NCBI GenBank assembly: GCA_030587475.2
Contig: JAUQYZ020000157.1
Location: forward strand, 1-42,873
Reading direction: 5' to 3'
DNA length: 42,873 nt
Source of the DNA: Candidatus Sigynarchaeum calidifontis
GTDB lineage: Archaea; Asgardarchaeota; Lokiarchaeia; Sigyniarchaeales; Sigyniarchaeaceae
Shown here: positions 27,405 to 35,788 of the stretch, piece by piece
How positions within the stretch are numbered: position 1 is the first letter of the stretch
How the letters are laid out: every line of letters starts with the position of its first letter
Program-made: the position numbers and the translations under genes
The notes under the pieces: model-generated
The model's input: the letters and a program-made list of their open reading frames with translations, nothing else
What the model was told of the DNA's origin: nothing
Databases searched by the model: none

Positions 27405-28241
27405 GTGAATCTCAAGGAAATCTTGAAGGACAAGAAAACATACTATATACTGCTTTTCCTGGCCATTGTGGCAGCAACGGGTGCCTTGCTTGTCGTGTGG
27501 ATATTCAACAAGAATTTGCTCGCGACCATCGCCATATACATGGTCATGGCGGTTATCTGGGCTGGTGTCTGGGGCGTTTTCATCTTTTTCGGTGTCATGA
27601 CCGTTCAAAGCTTGCTCGTACCGATCCCGTCGGAATTGATCTTGCTCATGACGGGCATCCTATGGGGTTCAGTCGGCGGTACCCTTCTAGGTATCGGGGG
27701 CAGCATTTTTACTGGCGCGCTCGCATATTCGATAACGCTGCGCGGTGGCAGACCCATCGCGGAGAAACTAGTTCCGAAGCGATTCCTCGATCCGCTGGAT
27801 AATCTGATCAACCGGTACGGCACGTGGTTTATCTTCATCATGCGTGCAGTGCCCTTGATGGCATTCGATCCCATCTCGTATGCATCGGGCTTGCTCAAAA
27901 TCAATTTCAAGAAATACATGATCGCCACGATCGTTGGTTCGATCCCTCGCGCATTGTTTTATGCACTTCTTGGCCAGCTCATGATGTCCGGGGCACCGGG
28001 GAATTACTTGACATGGGGCGTGGATCAATGGCAAGCCTTTTTAACGGATCCGATGTTCGACCAATTTGCCAACACGTTCAACATCATCTTCGTCTTGATC
28101 CTTGGCATCTTGATTGTCATGTTCCTCGTCTACAATTTCGTGCTCGGCCCGATCTTGCGACGGAAAGGGGCATCGAAAGGAGACACGACAGATGGCGCGT
28201 CGCCTACTAACAACTCCTCGCCATTAAACGATGGCGCGTGA
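27405..28241 (+). CDS. TVP38/TMEM64 (DedA superfamily, VTT domain) membrane protein
   Basis: QSLLVPIPSELI, G...G...Y...GGRP, FIMRAVPLMAFDPISYASGL, ATIVGSIPR. Confidence 0.92.
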   Translation: MNLKEILKDKKTYYILLFLAIVAATGALLVVWIFNKNLLATIAIYMVMAVIWAGVWGVFIFFGVMTVQSLLVPIPSELILLMTGILWGSVGGTLLGIGGSIFTGALAYSITLRGGRPIAEKLVPKRFLDPLDNLINRYGTWFIFIMRAVPLMAFDPISYASGLLKINFKKYMIATIVGSIPRALFYALLGQLMMSGAPGNYLTWGVDQWQAFLTDPMFDQFANTFNIIFVLILGILIVMFLVYNFVLGPILRRKGASKGDTTDGASPTNNSSPLNDGA

Positions 28242-28344
28242 GATGATATTTTCATTATTTTTCTCAAGGATCAAGTTGAAGTACGACCTTGAGAGTGCTA
28301 TAAAAGTGAATGTAGCACGACAAGAAAACGCGACTGCAAAGTGA

Positions 28345-28734
28345 ATGAAGATGCCTTTAGAAGAGAAGAAGAAAAGCAATAATGAAATTGCAGGGAAGGA
28401 TCTCTCCGTCCTCCCAGACGTTCTCGCCAAGTCGAGAGATCTCGCAAGCCTGGTCGAGTACCAAGAGAATTCAGTAGTGAGCAAGATGTTACTCATGAAA
28501 GGCGCGGGGAACGTGACGCTGTTCGCGTTCGATGGCCAAGGCTTGAGCGAGCACTCCGCGCCATTCGACGCACTGGTGCAAGGAATCGACGGCGAGGCCA
28601 CGGTGCGGATCGACGGGAGGGATAACAATGTCAGAGCTGGTCAGGTCATCGTGATGCCCGCAAACAAGCCACACGCCGTGATCGTCCCCGCCGGGACGAG
28701 GTTCAAGATGATGCTGGTCATGATCAAGGCGTGA
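28345..28734 (+). CDS. Cupin domain protein
   Basis: LVEYQENSVVSK, VTLFAFDGQGLSEHSAPFDA, MPANKPHAV, FKMMLVMIK. Confidence 0.92.
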   Translation: MKMPLEEKKKSNNEIAGKDLSVLPDVLAKSRDLASLVEYQENSVVSKMLLMKGAGNVTLFAFDGQGLSEHSAPFDALVQGIDGEATVRIDGRDNNVRAGQVIVMPANKPHAVIVPAGTRFKMMLVMIKA

Positions 28735-28884
28735 ATGGCATGTTATCCCGCTTATATGCGGACACGTACGGCCTTTATCAAATAGAATCGTCGACTTCTA
28801 GATAGGCACGCGCCACGCCGCAATAAGCCATCGAAAAGGTTCTATATTAATAGCACGAGTATATGCCCGCCGGGTGTCAATGGA

Positions 28885-30555
28885 TTGTCCCTCGAAAAGG
28901 AAACGGATTTCGACCCGATCCCGACCGCGATGTTAGATGCGGATGGCGAGAAGGCCAGGCAGGGCAAGCGCAGATCGCTCGTCGCGGAGGTGCTCGTTTA
29001 TTTTGCGATCATATCGCTTTTCGTCATCATTTACGTGAACTTCGTTTTATCTGGCGAGATATATCATTTCTTGTTGTTTCATGTTTTTTCGGAGTTATTC
29101 AGCATCGTCATCCTTGGTAGCATTTTTATCGTTGGCTGGAACACGAGGCACATCGCGCGCAATAGCTTTTTCCTCGCTCTCGGAGTGTCTTCGCTTTTCG
29201 TCGCGGTGCTTGACGTGCTACACACGCTTGCCTACGACGGGATGGGATTCTTCACGGACGTGTCAGCAGCAACGAACCTGGCTCCGCAACTCTGGATCGC
29301 ATCGAGGTATTTTCAGGCTATTTCGATCCTTGTGTCCTTGCGGTTAACGCGACGACATGTCAAGCCATTCACCGTGACCACCATCTCTTTTTTCATTTGT
29401 GCTCTGCTTCTCACGTTGATATTTACCCGGAATTTTCCTTTGGCTCACGATGGCACGTCTCTCACGCCATTCAAGATCGTGAGCGAGTATTTGATTATCA
29501 TCATACTCTTCATATGCATCTTTTTCACTTGGAAGGAGAGAAATTTCTTTGGCGAACAACCCTTCAAACTTGTCCTTGCCTTTCTATCCACCATTATGAT
29601 ATCCGAATTCTGCTTTACCCTGTACACAAGTGCCTACCAATTTGCGAACATGCTAGGGCACGTGTTCAAGATCATTTCTTTCGCATTCGCATACAAAGCA
29701 ATCGTCCAGTCGGTTCTCGAAAAACCGCTTGACAGGCTCTTTACAAAACTGCTCTCGGCCGGCCGTGACCTTGAAAAACGAAACCGGGAATTGCTCCTGG
29801 CAAACACCAAGCTGCAAAACGAGATCGCTGACCGAAAGCGCGCTGAAATAACACTTAGACACTTCATCTCCTCGATATCACATGAGCTCAGAACCCCTAT
29901 TACCGTGCTTGACCAGTCTGTGCAGAACCTGGTCAATTATAGCGACCGGATGTCGAGCGAACAAGAGACGTCCTTGGTCTCGGCAATCTCGAGGAATATA
30001 CGCATAATGATTGATCTCGTGGATAATTTCGCGAATCTCAATCGTATTGATGATAACAAGGAAGAACTTGTCATTGAGCCTGTTGATTTCGAAGCTATCA
30101 TCGTCGACGTCGTTAATTCATTGAACAATGCCATCCAATCGAAGGAAATGATCTTGGAAAGGTCTATCGATGCTGGAATCTCTTTTTCCGGGGACGCGAG
30201 CAAGATTCACGCGATAATAAAGGCACTTGTCGACAACGCCTTGAAGTTCTCGCCCCGCGGCTCGTCCATCGTTATTCGAATCATTGATCATTACACGGGT
30301 GAATACAATCATGATGGAAAAGATGGCGTGCTGTTACAAGTCACGGACAATGGCATCGGCATTGATGCGGATCTCCTCCCCCGATTGTTCGAACGATTTG
30401 CTAGATCATCCCGGGTGCAGCACATTCCTGGATCTGGGTTGGGCCTGGCCATTATAAAAAATTATGTCGCCATGCTTGGCGGGAAGATTTACGTCGCGAC
30501 CCAGGTCGACAAGGGAACAACTTTCTCCTTGTTTTTACCGCATCGCAAACCTTGA
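28885..30555 (+). CDS. Sensor histidine kinase with N-terminal MASE3 membrane domain
   Basis: MASE3-like motifs LFHVFSELFSI, DVLHTLAYDGMG, QLWIASRY, LTPFKIVSEY, NMLGHVFK; H-box SHELRTP; N-box DNALKFS; G1 DNGIGI; G2 GSGLGL. TTG start. Confidence 0.93.
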   Translation: MSLEKETDFDPIPTAMLDADGEKARQGKRRSLVAEVLVYFAIISLFVIIYVNFVLSGEIYHFLLFHVFSELFSIVILGSIFIVGWNTRHIARNSFFLALGVSSLFVAVLDVLHTLAYDGMGFFTDVSAATNLAPQLWIASRYFQAISILVSLRLTRRHVKPFTVTTISFFICALLLTLIFTRNFPLAHDGTSLTPFKIVSEYLIIIILFICIFFTWKERNFFGEQPFKLVLAFLSTIMISEFCFTLYTSAYQFANMLGHVFKIISFAFAYKAIVQSVLEKPLDRLFTKLLSAGRDLEKRNRELLLANTKLQNEIADRKRAEITLRHFISSISHELRTPITVLDQSVQNLVNYSDRMSSEQETSLVSAISRNIRIMIDLVDNFANLNRIDDNKEELVIEPVDFEAIIVDVVNSLNNAIQSKEMILERSIDAGISFSGDASKIHAIIKALVDNALKFSPRGSSIVIRIIDHYTGEYNHDGKDGVLLQVTDNGIGIDADLLPRLFERFARSSRVQHIPGSGLGLAIIKNYVAMLGGKIYVATQVDKGTTFSLFLPHRKP

Positions 30556-30579
30556 TAATAACAACCGGTAAAAAAGAAA

Positions 30580-31485
30580 TTGGTGATGCCGTTGGAAGCG
30601 GAAGCCGACTCGAAAGACACCGTATTGGTCGTCGATGATAACAAGGACATCTTGGATAATCTGTTCATGGTTCTCGATTTCAACCATTTTAACGTTATTA
30701 CCGCAAGCAATGGCAAGGAGGCACTCGAAATCCTGCGAAAGCTCAAGAAAGTACCGGACGTCATTGTCTCCGACATCATGATGCCCGAGATGGACGGGTA
30801 CGAACTGCTCAAAGCCGTCTCGGCGGAGCCAGATTTCAACCAGATCCCCTTCATCTTCTTGTCGGCGAAAACAACGGTCGAGGATATCCGGCTCGGCAAG
30901 ATACTCGGTGTAGATGATTACATAACCAAGCCGTTCCAGCAAGAGGATTTGATAGCCATCATCAAGGGGAAGATCGCTCGTAAAAAAAACATCACGCAAT
31001 TCAATGACAAGCTTCGAGCAATAATCCAGGATGGATGCAAAGAGCGCTCGTCATCCTCTCACGGTAGCACGTTCCTCATCCACGTTACCTGGGACGACAA
31101 GATTGGCCCATTCACTCGCGATTATTACCCGAAACTGGAATCCATGCCATTCAACGTACAAGACATCGGCTATCAACTTTTCAACGCATCGTCTGCAATT
31201 TATGGTGACAAGTTTTCCGCCAACGCCGAAGGTATCTTGCTCTCCCTCGCGAACATCCAGCAGCAGGCGTACATATTCTTTGATTCATATCCAGACAGGA
31301 CCACGCGCGCAGGCGTCGTGCTCTACATGCTCGCGGTCATCGCGCCGTGCATCAGCTATCTTGCATCCTTGAACATCAAGAAGATACTCGAGGAGCTCGC
31401 GGCATCGATAAAGAAAAAGAGAGCGATCACCTTGAACATTTATCACGAACGGATCACCGGCATTCTCTCGGGGATTTCCAGCTAA
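30580..31485 (+). CDS. Response regulator (REC) with C-terminal uDENN/longin-like domain
   Basis: REC motifs VLVVDD, SDIMMPEMDG, FLSAK, YITKPF. The C-terminal ~140 aa are not an HTH: LIHVTWDDKIGP...YYP...YIFFDSYPDRTTRAG...YML. ATG 30586 is a possible alternative start. Confidence 0.88.
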   Translation: MVMPLEAEADSKDTVLVVDDNKDILDNLFMVLDFNHFNVITASNGKEALEILRKLKKVPDVIVSDIMMPEMDGYELLKAVSAEPDFNQIPFIFLSAKTTVEDIRLGKILGVDDYITKPFQQEDLIAIIKGKIARKKNITQFNDKLRAIIQDGCKERSSSSHGSTFLIHVTWDDKIGPFTRDYYPKLESMPFNVQDIGYQLFNASSAIYGDKFSANAEGILLSLANIQQQAYIFFDSYPDRTTRAGVVLYMLAVIAPCISYLASLNIKKILEELAASIKKKRAITLNIYHERITGILSGISS

Positions 31486-31580
31486 GAGCCAATTAATCGA
31501 GGTTCACTTGAAAGGTAATCCTTTTTTAATCGAGCGATGCCTCCTACATCGTGTGCTGATTTGATACGAGGTCATGAGAA

Positions 31581-32042
31581 ATGGTGGAAGTACGAGATAA
31601 GGCTTGGATCCTACTACTTGCAAGTGCTATCGCCACGATCGTTGCCGTGCTAACTCCCGCCGCGATGGGAATCTTTACTTCTAATCCAGCGTACATATGG
31701 CTTTGGGCACTCAATATTCGACCAAATGGCGACGTTTGGTTCAACACGGACGACATTGCTCTGGCCGGTGCGGTATTAGAGACCGTGGTTCTGGCCATCG
31801 CTGCCATGTTTTTGTTTTTAGCCGCCAGCAAGGTAAAAAAGGGGCACACGCAGAAGGGATTGTTCGGCATCATGTTCGCATGCCTTTTGATGCTGTTTGC
31901 CTCTCCCGTGGGGTATATCATCGGTGCCGTGGCGTGGGATCCATGGTTCTGGACGGATCACGCCGCGGGGTTCGGGATCATCGGGCCATTCATTGCTGCC
32001 GGTCTCGTGATCGCTTCATACATCATCTTGAAGAAGAAATAA
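31581..32042 (+). CDS. Four-TM membrane protein, function unknown
   Basis: 153 aa with four hydrophobic segments and a basic tail. Confidence 0.75.
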   Translation: MVEVRDKAWILLLASAIATIVAVLTPAAMGIFTSNPAYIWLWALNIRPNGDVWFNTDDIALAGAVLETVVLAIAAMFLFLAASKVKKGHTQKGLFGIMFACLLMLFASPVGYIIGAVAWDPWFWTDHAAGFGIIGPFIAAGLVIASYIILKKK

Positions 32043-32065
32043 GCCCTGTTCCATCTTGTTCTTTC

Positions 32066-32228
32066 TTATCTTCTTTTCGTACTCTCTAAACGTGCAGCCA
32101 CGTCTCGGATAATTGCCGTCGCCTTGATGATCTTGCGATAATCGCGCGTGAGCTCGTTGACAGCATCGTGATCGCCGATCAGCAGCGTTTCGATAGAAGA
32201 ACATATCGTCGAATTCAAGCACCTTCAT
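32066..32228 (-). pseudogene. Possible remnant of an internally deleted gene downstream of the MFS gene
   Basis: An ATGA-coupled start (MKVLEFDDMFF) in one frame abuts a protein-like tail (IETLLIGDHDAVNELTRDYRKIIKATAIIRDVAARLESTKRR*) in another frame. Confidence 0.35.
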
Positions 32229-33562
32229 TGGCCGCCCACATCAATCACGGGAAGGCTTTCCTTGACAATGGCGAATAGCGGGACCGACAAGAAAAACACG
32301 AGCCCAGCGAAGAACATGTTCCACGCGATGTTACCATTCGTTACCATATAAACGAATCCCCCGATCCAGACACCTATCACTTGATTCACCGTGCTGGAAA
32401 TGTTGTTGATCCCCGTGAACTGCCCGATTTTTCCCGCGGGAAGCAAATCTTGCATCCACGCGCTCGTGATGGTGGGTACGCCGTTGAGGTTGAAGATGAG
32501 CAAGAAGAACATCACGAGGATGAGAGCATAATTGAGCGTGACGATGGCGAGCGGGACGAGAAGAAAGCCGATGGCACCAAGCATGGTTGACAAGATGGCA
32601 GGACGCTTGCGGCCGTACTTGTCGCAGAGCTTGCCGAGAAAAAGCGAGATGAGCCAACCCCCGAACAAGTAAATCGCGGCCACTGCGAGCACCAGCTCGA
32701 TAGTTAACAGATGCAAGAGGACGGTAAGGAACTCGAAGATCCACGGGAGGAACATCTTCGGGCCGATGTTGAAGACGAGCATTGCGATCATTATCTTGAA
32801 AAATTCCTTCTGCTCCTTGAGTTCCGAGAAGCGGAATGAGCGGATAATGTCCGAGTACCATTTCCCTCTCGGAGGAGACTCGGGTTTCTTCGCCCGTTCC
32901 TTGATGCCATAGAAACCAGCGATCGCCACCCCGATGTAGATAGCCCCGCTGATCCCGAGAACCCACACGTGCCCCGCATAGTTCATGTAATCTTTTCCAA
33001 AAGGATCCTTGGACCGGAAAAAAAAAGCAGCGAGAAGAAAGAATGCCATGGATATAATCCCGAAAATCGCCGAGATCACGTTGACCCTAGCGTTTACGCG
33101 ACCACGCTCTTCTGGTACCGTGAGTTCAGGTAGTAATGCTTTCTCGGCTGCGAGCCGCCCGTTCATGGCGATCCCGATAACGATCACGTCGAGAAAGAAA
33201 CAAAGCCAGAAATCACGCGAGGCCAGGTACACGATCATGGCAACGCCAGCGATGATACCCAGTAGCAAGAAGGGTTTCCGGTGACCCCAGCGCGAGTAAT
33301 GCCGGTCAGAATATGCACCCCAGACCAGCATAAAGACGAGACCCATGATCGCCGAAAAGGAGGTCATTAGCGGGATCATCCAGCCGTCCCAAAATACTTT
33401 GAATTCCCAACGAAGAACACTGTTGATATACGTGTTCAGTTGGCCGTTTTCAACAGTTCCAAAAAACGCTCCGCCACCCCCGAGCAGCCCGAGTAAAATC
33501 CACGACCTTTGGTCGAGTTTAATAGGGGTTGTGTCTTTCAGCTTTGCAAATAGTTTCATCAT
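32225..33562 (-). CDS. MFS transporter (sugar-type, GPH-like)
   Basis: About 12 TM; WGAYSDRHYSRWGHRKPF, GKLCDKYGRK, ALLPELTVPEERG, DLLPAGKIGQFTG. Confidence 0.92.
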   Translation of the reverse strand: MMKLFAKLKDTTPIKLDQRSWILLGLLGGGGAFFGTVENGQLNTYINSVLRWEFKVFWDGWMIPLMTSFSAIMGLVFMLVWGAYSDRHYSRWGHRKPFLLLGIIAGVAMIVYLASRDFWLCFFLDVIVIGIAMNGRLAAEKALLPELTVPEERGRVNARVNVISAIFGIISMAFFLLAAFFFRSKDPFGKDYMNYAGHVWVLGISGAIYIGVAIAGFYGIKERAKKPESPPRGKWYSDIIRSFRFSELKEQKEFFKIMIAMLVFNIGPKMFLPWIFEFLTVLLHLLTIELVLAVAAIYLFGGWLISLFLGKLCDKYGRKRPAILSTMLGAIGFLLVPLAIVTLNYALILVMFFLLIFNLNGVPTITSAWMQDLLPAGKIGQFTGINNISSTVNQVIGVWIGGFVYMVTNGNIAWNMFFAGLVFFLSVPLFAIVKESLPVIDVGGQ

Positions 33563-34222
33563 AAGAGAGTGGGGAAGATAGAGTTGTTATAGCTTTGACT
33601 CGGGCAGTTGGTAATAGATCTCGAAAACGGAAGGACGTAAAGCAGCTATCATTTGATCCCTATGCAGAACGACGGATCCAATAGCGATTTTCGCAACTCT
33701 TCGTAACCTCGATAACATCAATGACGAAGGCGATGAAAGAGCTCGCCCTTCCCCACAGCACCTGGCTTTTATTTCATTCCGTGGAAGCTGGCGTGGAATC
33801 TCCCATTCCGGAATCGAAGGAACTCCACGGAAAATAGAATAACCGCTAGATATTTAAAAGTATGTTCGCTTTCACTTCGTGCCAGAAAATAACCGTTTCG
33901 GCGATTAACGTGAATGGCTTCGATCCCACCGACAAGCTAGTCAAGCTCGACGAATTCACGAAAATCGCGAGCACGACGAGAATCAATATAAAAAGATCCT
34001 TCTCGTGAATTAATTGCTTTATAATAAAAGTATCGGATGTTATTCGCAAACATATATGGAACTTCAATAAATATAGACTCACGCTTGTTATTGACGATCA
34101 AGCACTTGATACGTTTTTGATGATCTTGAGAATAGTTGTCAACAAGGCGTGATTATGCTTGTATCGCCGTGATAAGAAAGGTTTAATGCGACGGCAGCCA
34201 ATCGTTTCTACTGGAAACCAAA

Positions 34223-35749
34223 TTGTCAACGGAACGCGAACGACGAATGCCCGAGGAAAATCCTTATATTCCCAAGGAATTGCTCAAGATGCTCGAATTG
34301 CCATATGGATATTCCATCTTGCTCAAGGGCGACGGGGGAGTCGGGAAATCCACGTTGGCGCTCGAGCTGCTCGTGAAAAGTAAGGGGAAAAACGCGACCT
34401 ACTTGTCGACGCGCGTCGTGCCAACACAACTCTTCGAGCATTTTCCATGGATCGACAAAAGCGTGCAAGAAAACATCGCTGTTTTCGATGCAACGCAAGC
34501 TGGCGTGACGATCACCAATCCCTTGCAAGACGAGCAACTTGCCTTGAAATTTGCTGGAATGCCCGATTTGCTAAGATCGATCGTCGACATGGCGGATCAT
34601 GCCAAAGGCGAGCTTCTCGTGTGCATTGATAGTTGGGATGCTATCCAGCTCATGTTCGAGCACTTGCAAGCAGAGAAATACGCTGATAAACCACAGATGA
34701 CCGAAAGCTTGAACTTCATGTACAACGTGTTCATGTCGATGGTGCGCCAGAAAAATATCAAACTCATTTTAATTGCGGAAAACGCTTCTAAAATGGATTA
34801 TCTCGTCGATGCCATCGTTGAACTGAGACGCGAGTTCGTCACGAAGGAGAACATGATCCGGGTTGCCGAGATCAAGAAGAGCAGGGGGATCCGCATAGAT
34901 AACACGTCTTACGTGTTCACCCTCGAAGATGGACGGTTTAAAACGTTCATGCCATGGGACGTCCGGCTCGTCCATTCTTTCAAGAACACACCTGCGAACA
35001 TTGCATTTGACGAGAAAAATCTCAAAACCGTGTTTGGCGCCATCTTCTCGCGCAATGCATCGCTGCAAGTCGGCACGATCGCGATCTCGCCGAACGCGTC
35101 CTGGCTTTTCGAACTCTGGATAGAAAACCTGGCGCGAACCCAGCTCTACCGGAACGAGATGATGACCTTCACGCCCCCTGATAGCTTCGATGTGCAAGCC
35201 TTCAAGGTTAAGATGCTAGCGTTCTTGAAAGAGATGAAATTAGATCCGGCCCGGTACGAGGCGAACATCAAGATCTTCACCACGGAACCGGCGGATGAAC
35301 CAATAACGGAAAAAAATATTTCGATCATTCCTTTTGAAGCAGGAGTAGGCATCGATGAATCCAGCGCCATCAAGTTCATCACGAGGTTCGCCGACATCCT
35401 CAACACGTGGAAAAACGATGGGGGTTTCAAGCACCAGATCAACGTGGGCGTGATGCAGCCTTTTGCATCTAGGTTCAAGGAACCGAGCGTGGCAAAGCTT
35501 GCAATTAACAACTTGTTACGCAGGTTCTCGGTCCTAGACAATGCCACGTTGATCATCCTCACCTTCCTGGATGACCCGTACATCATCGAGCTGCAAAAAG
35601 TTTCAGCGTTCTTCATCGAAATGACCTTGCTCCATGGCACGCCCGTCTTGAAAGTCGTCTCACCACAGCTGCAAAGCGCCTACGGGATGCTACTTTCACC
35701 CGGTGATCTGGGCGGGAAAATGAATTTCATGATCTACCCGATCGTTTGA
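34223..35749 (+). CDS. GvpD/KaiC-like RecA-superfamily ATPase with degenerate second domain
   Basis: YSILLKGDGGVGKST (Walker A), YLSTRV, CIDSWDAI (Walker B), MDYLVDAIVEL, IKKSRG. TTG 34223 or ATG 34247 start. Confidence 0.85.
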   Translation: MSTERERRMPEENPYIPKELLKMLELPYGYSILLKGDGGVGKSTLALELLVKSKGKNATYLSTRVVPTQLFEHFPWIDKSVQENIAVFDATQAGVTITNPLQDEQLALKFAGMPDLLRSIVDMADHAKGELLVCIDSWDAIQLMFEHLQAEKYADKPQMTESLNFMYNVFMSMVRQKNIKLILIAENASKMDYLVDAIVELRREFVTKENMIRVAEIKKSRGIRIDNTSYVFTLEDGRFKTFMPWDVRLVHSFKNTPANIAFDEKNLKTVFGAIFSRNASLQVGTIAISPNASWLFELWIENLARTQLYRNEMMTFTPPDSFDVQAFKVKMLAFLKEMKLDPARYEANIKIFTTEPADEPITEKNISIIPFEAGVGIDESSAIKFITRFADILNTWKNDGGFKHQINVGVMQPFASRFKEPSVAKLAINNLLRRFSVLDNATLIILTFLDDPYIIELQKVSAFFIEMTLLHGTPVLKVVSPQLQSAYGMLLSPGDLGGKMNFMIYPIV

Positions 35750-35788
35750 TGCGAATATTGCTCCCGCTCAACCCGAAGAAAAGGATTG

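Noticed and set aside
33846-34082. 78-aa minus-strand ORF and short plus-strand ORFs in the intergenic gap
   Set aside because: AT-rich, atypical codon use and overlap with promoter-like tracts.
34223-35749. Gas-vesicle or circadian-clock locus
   Set aside because: No gvpA/structural genes or kaiA/kaiB in the window; only the ATPase family resemblance.
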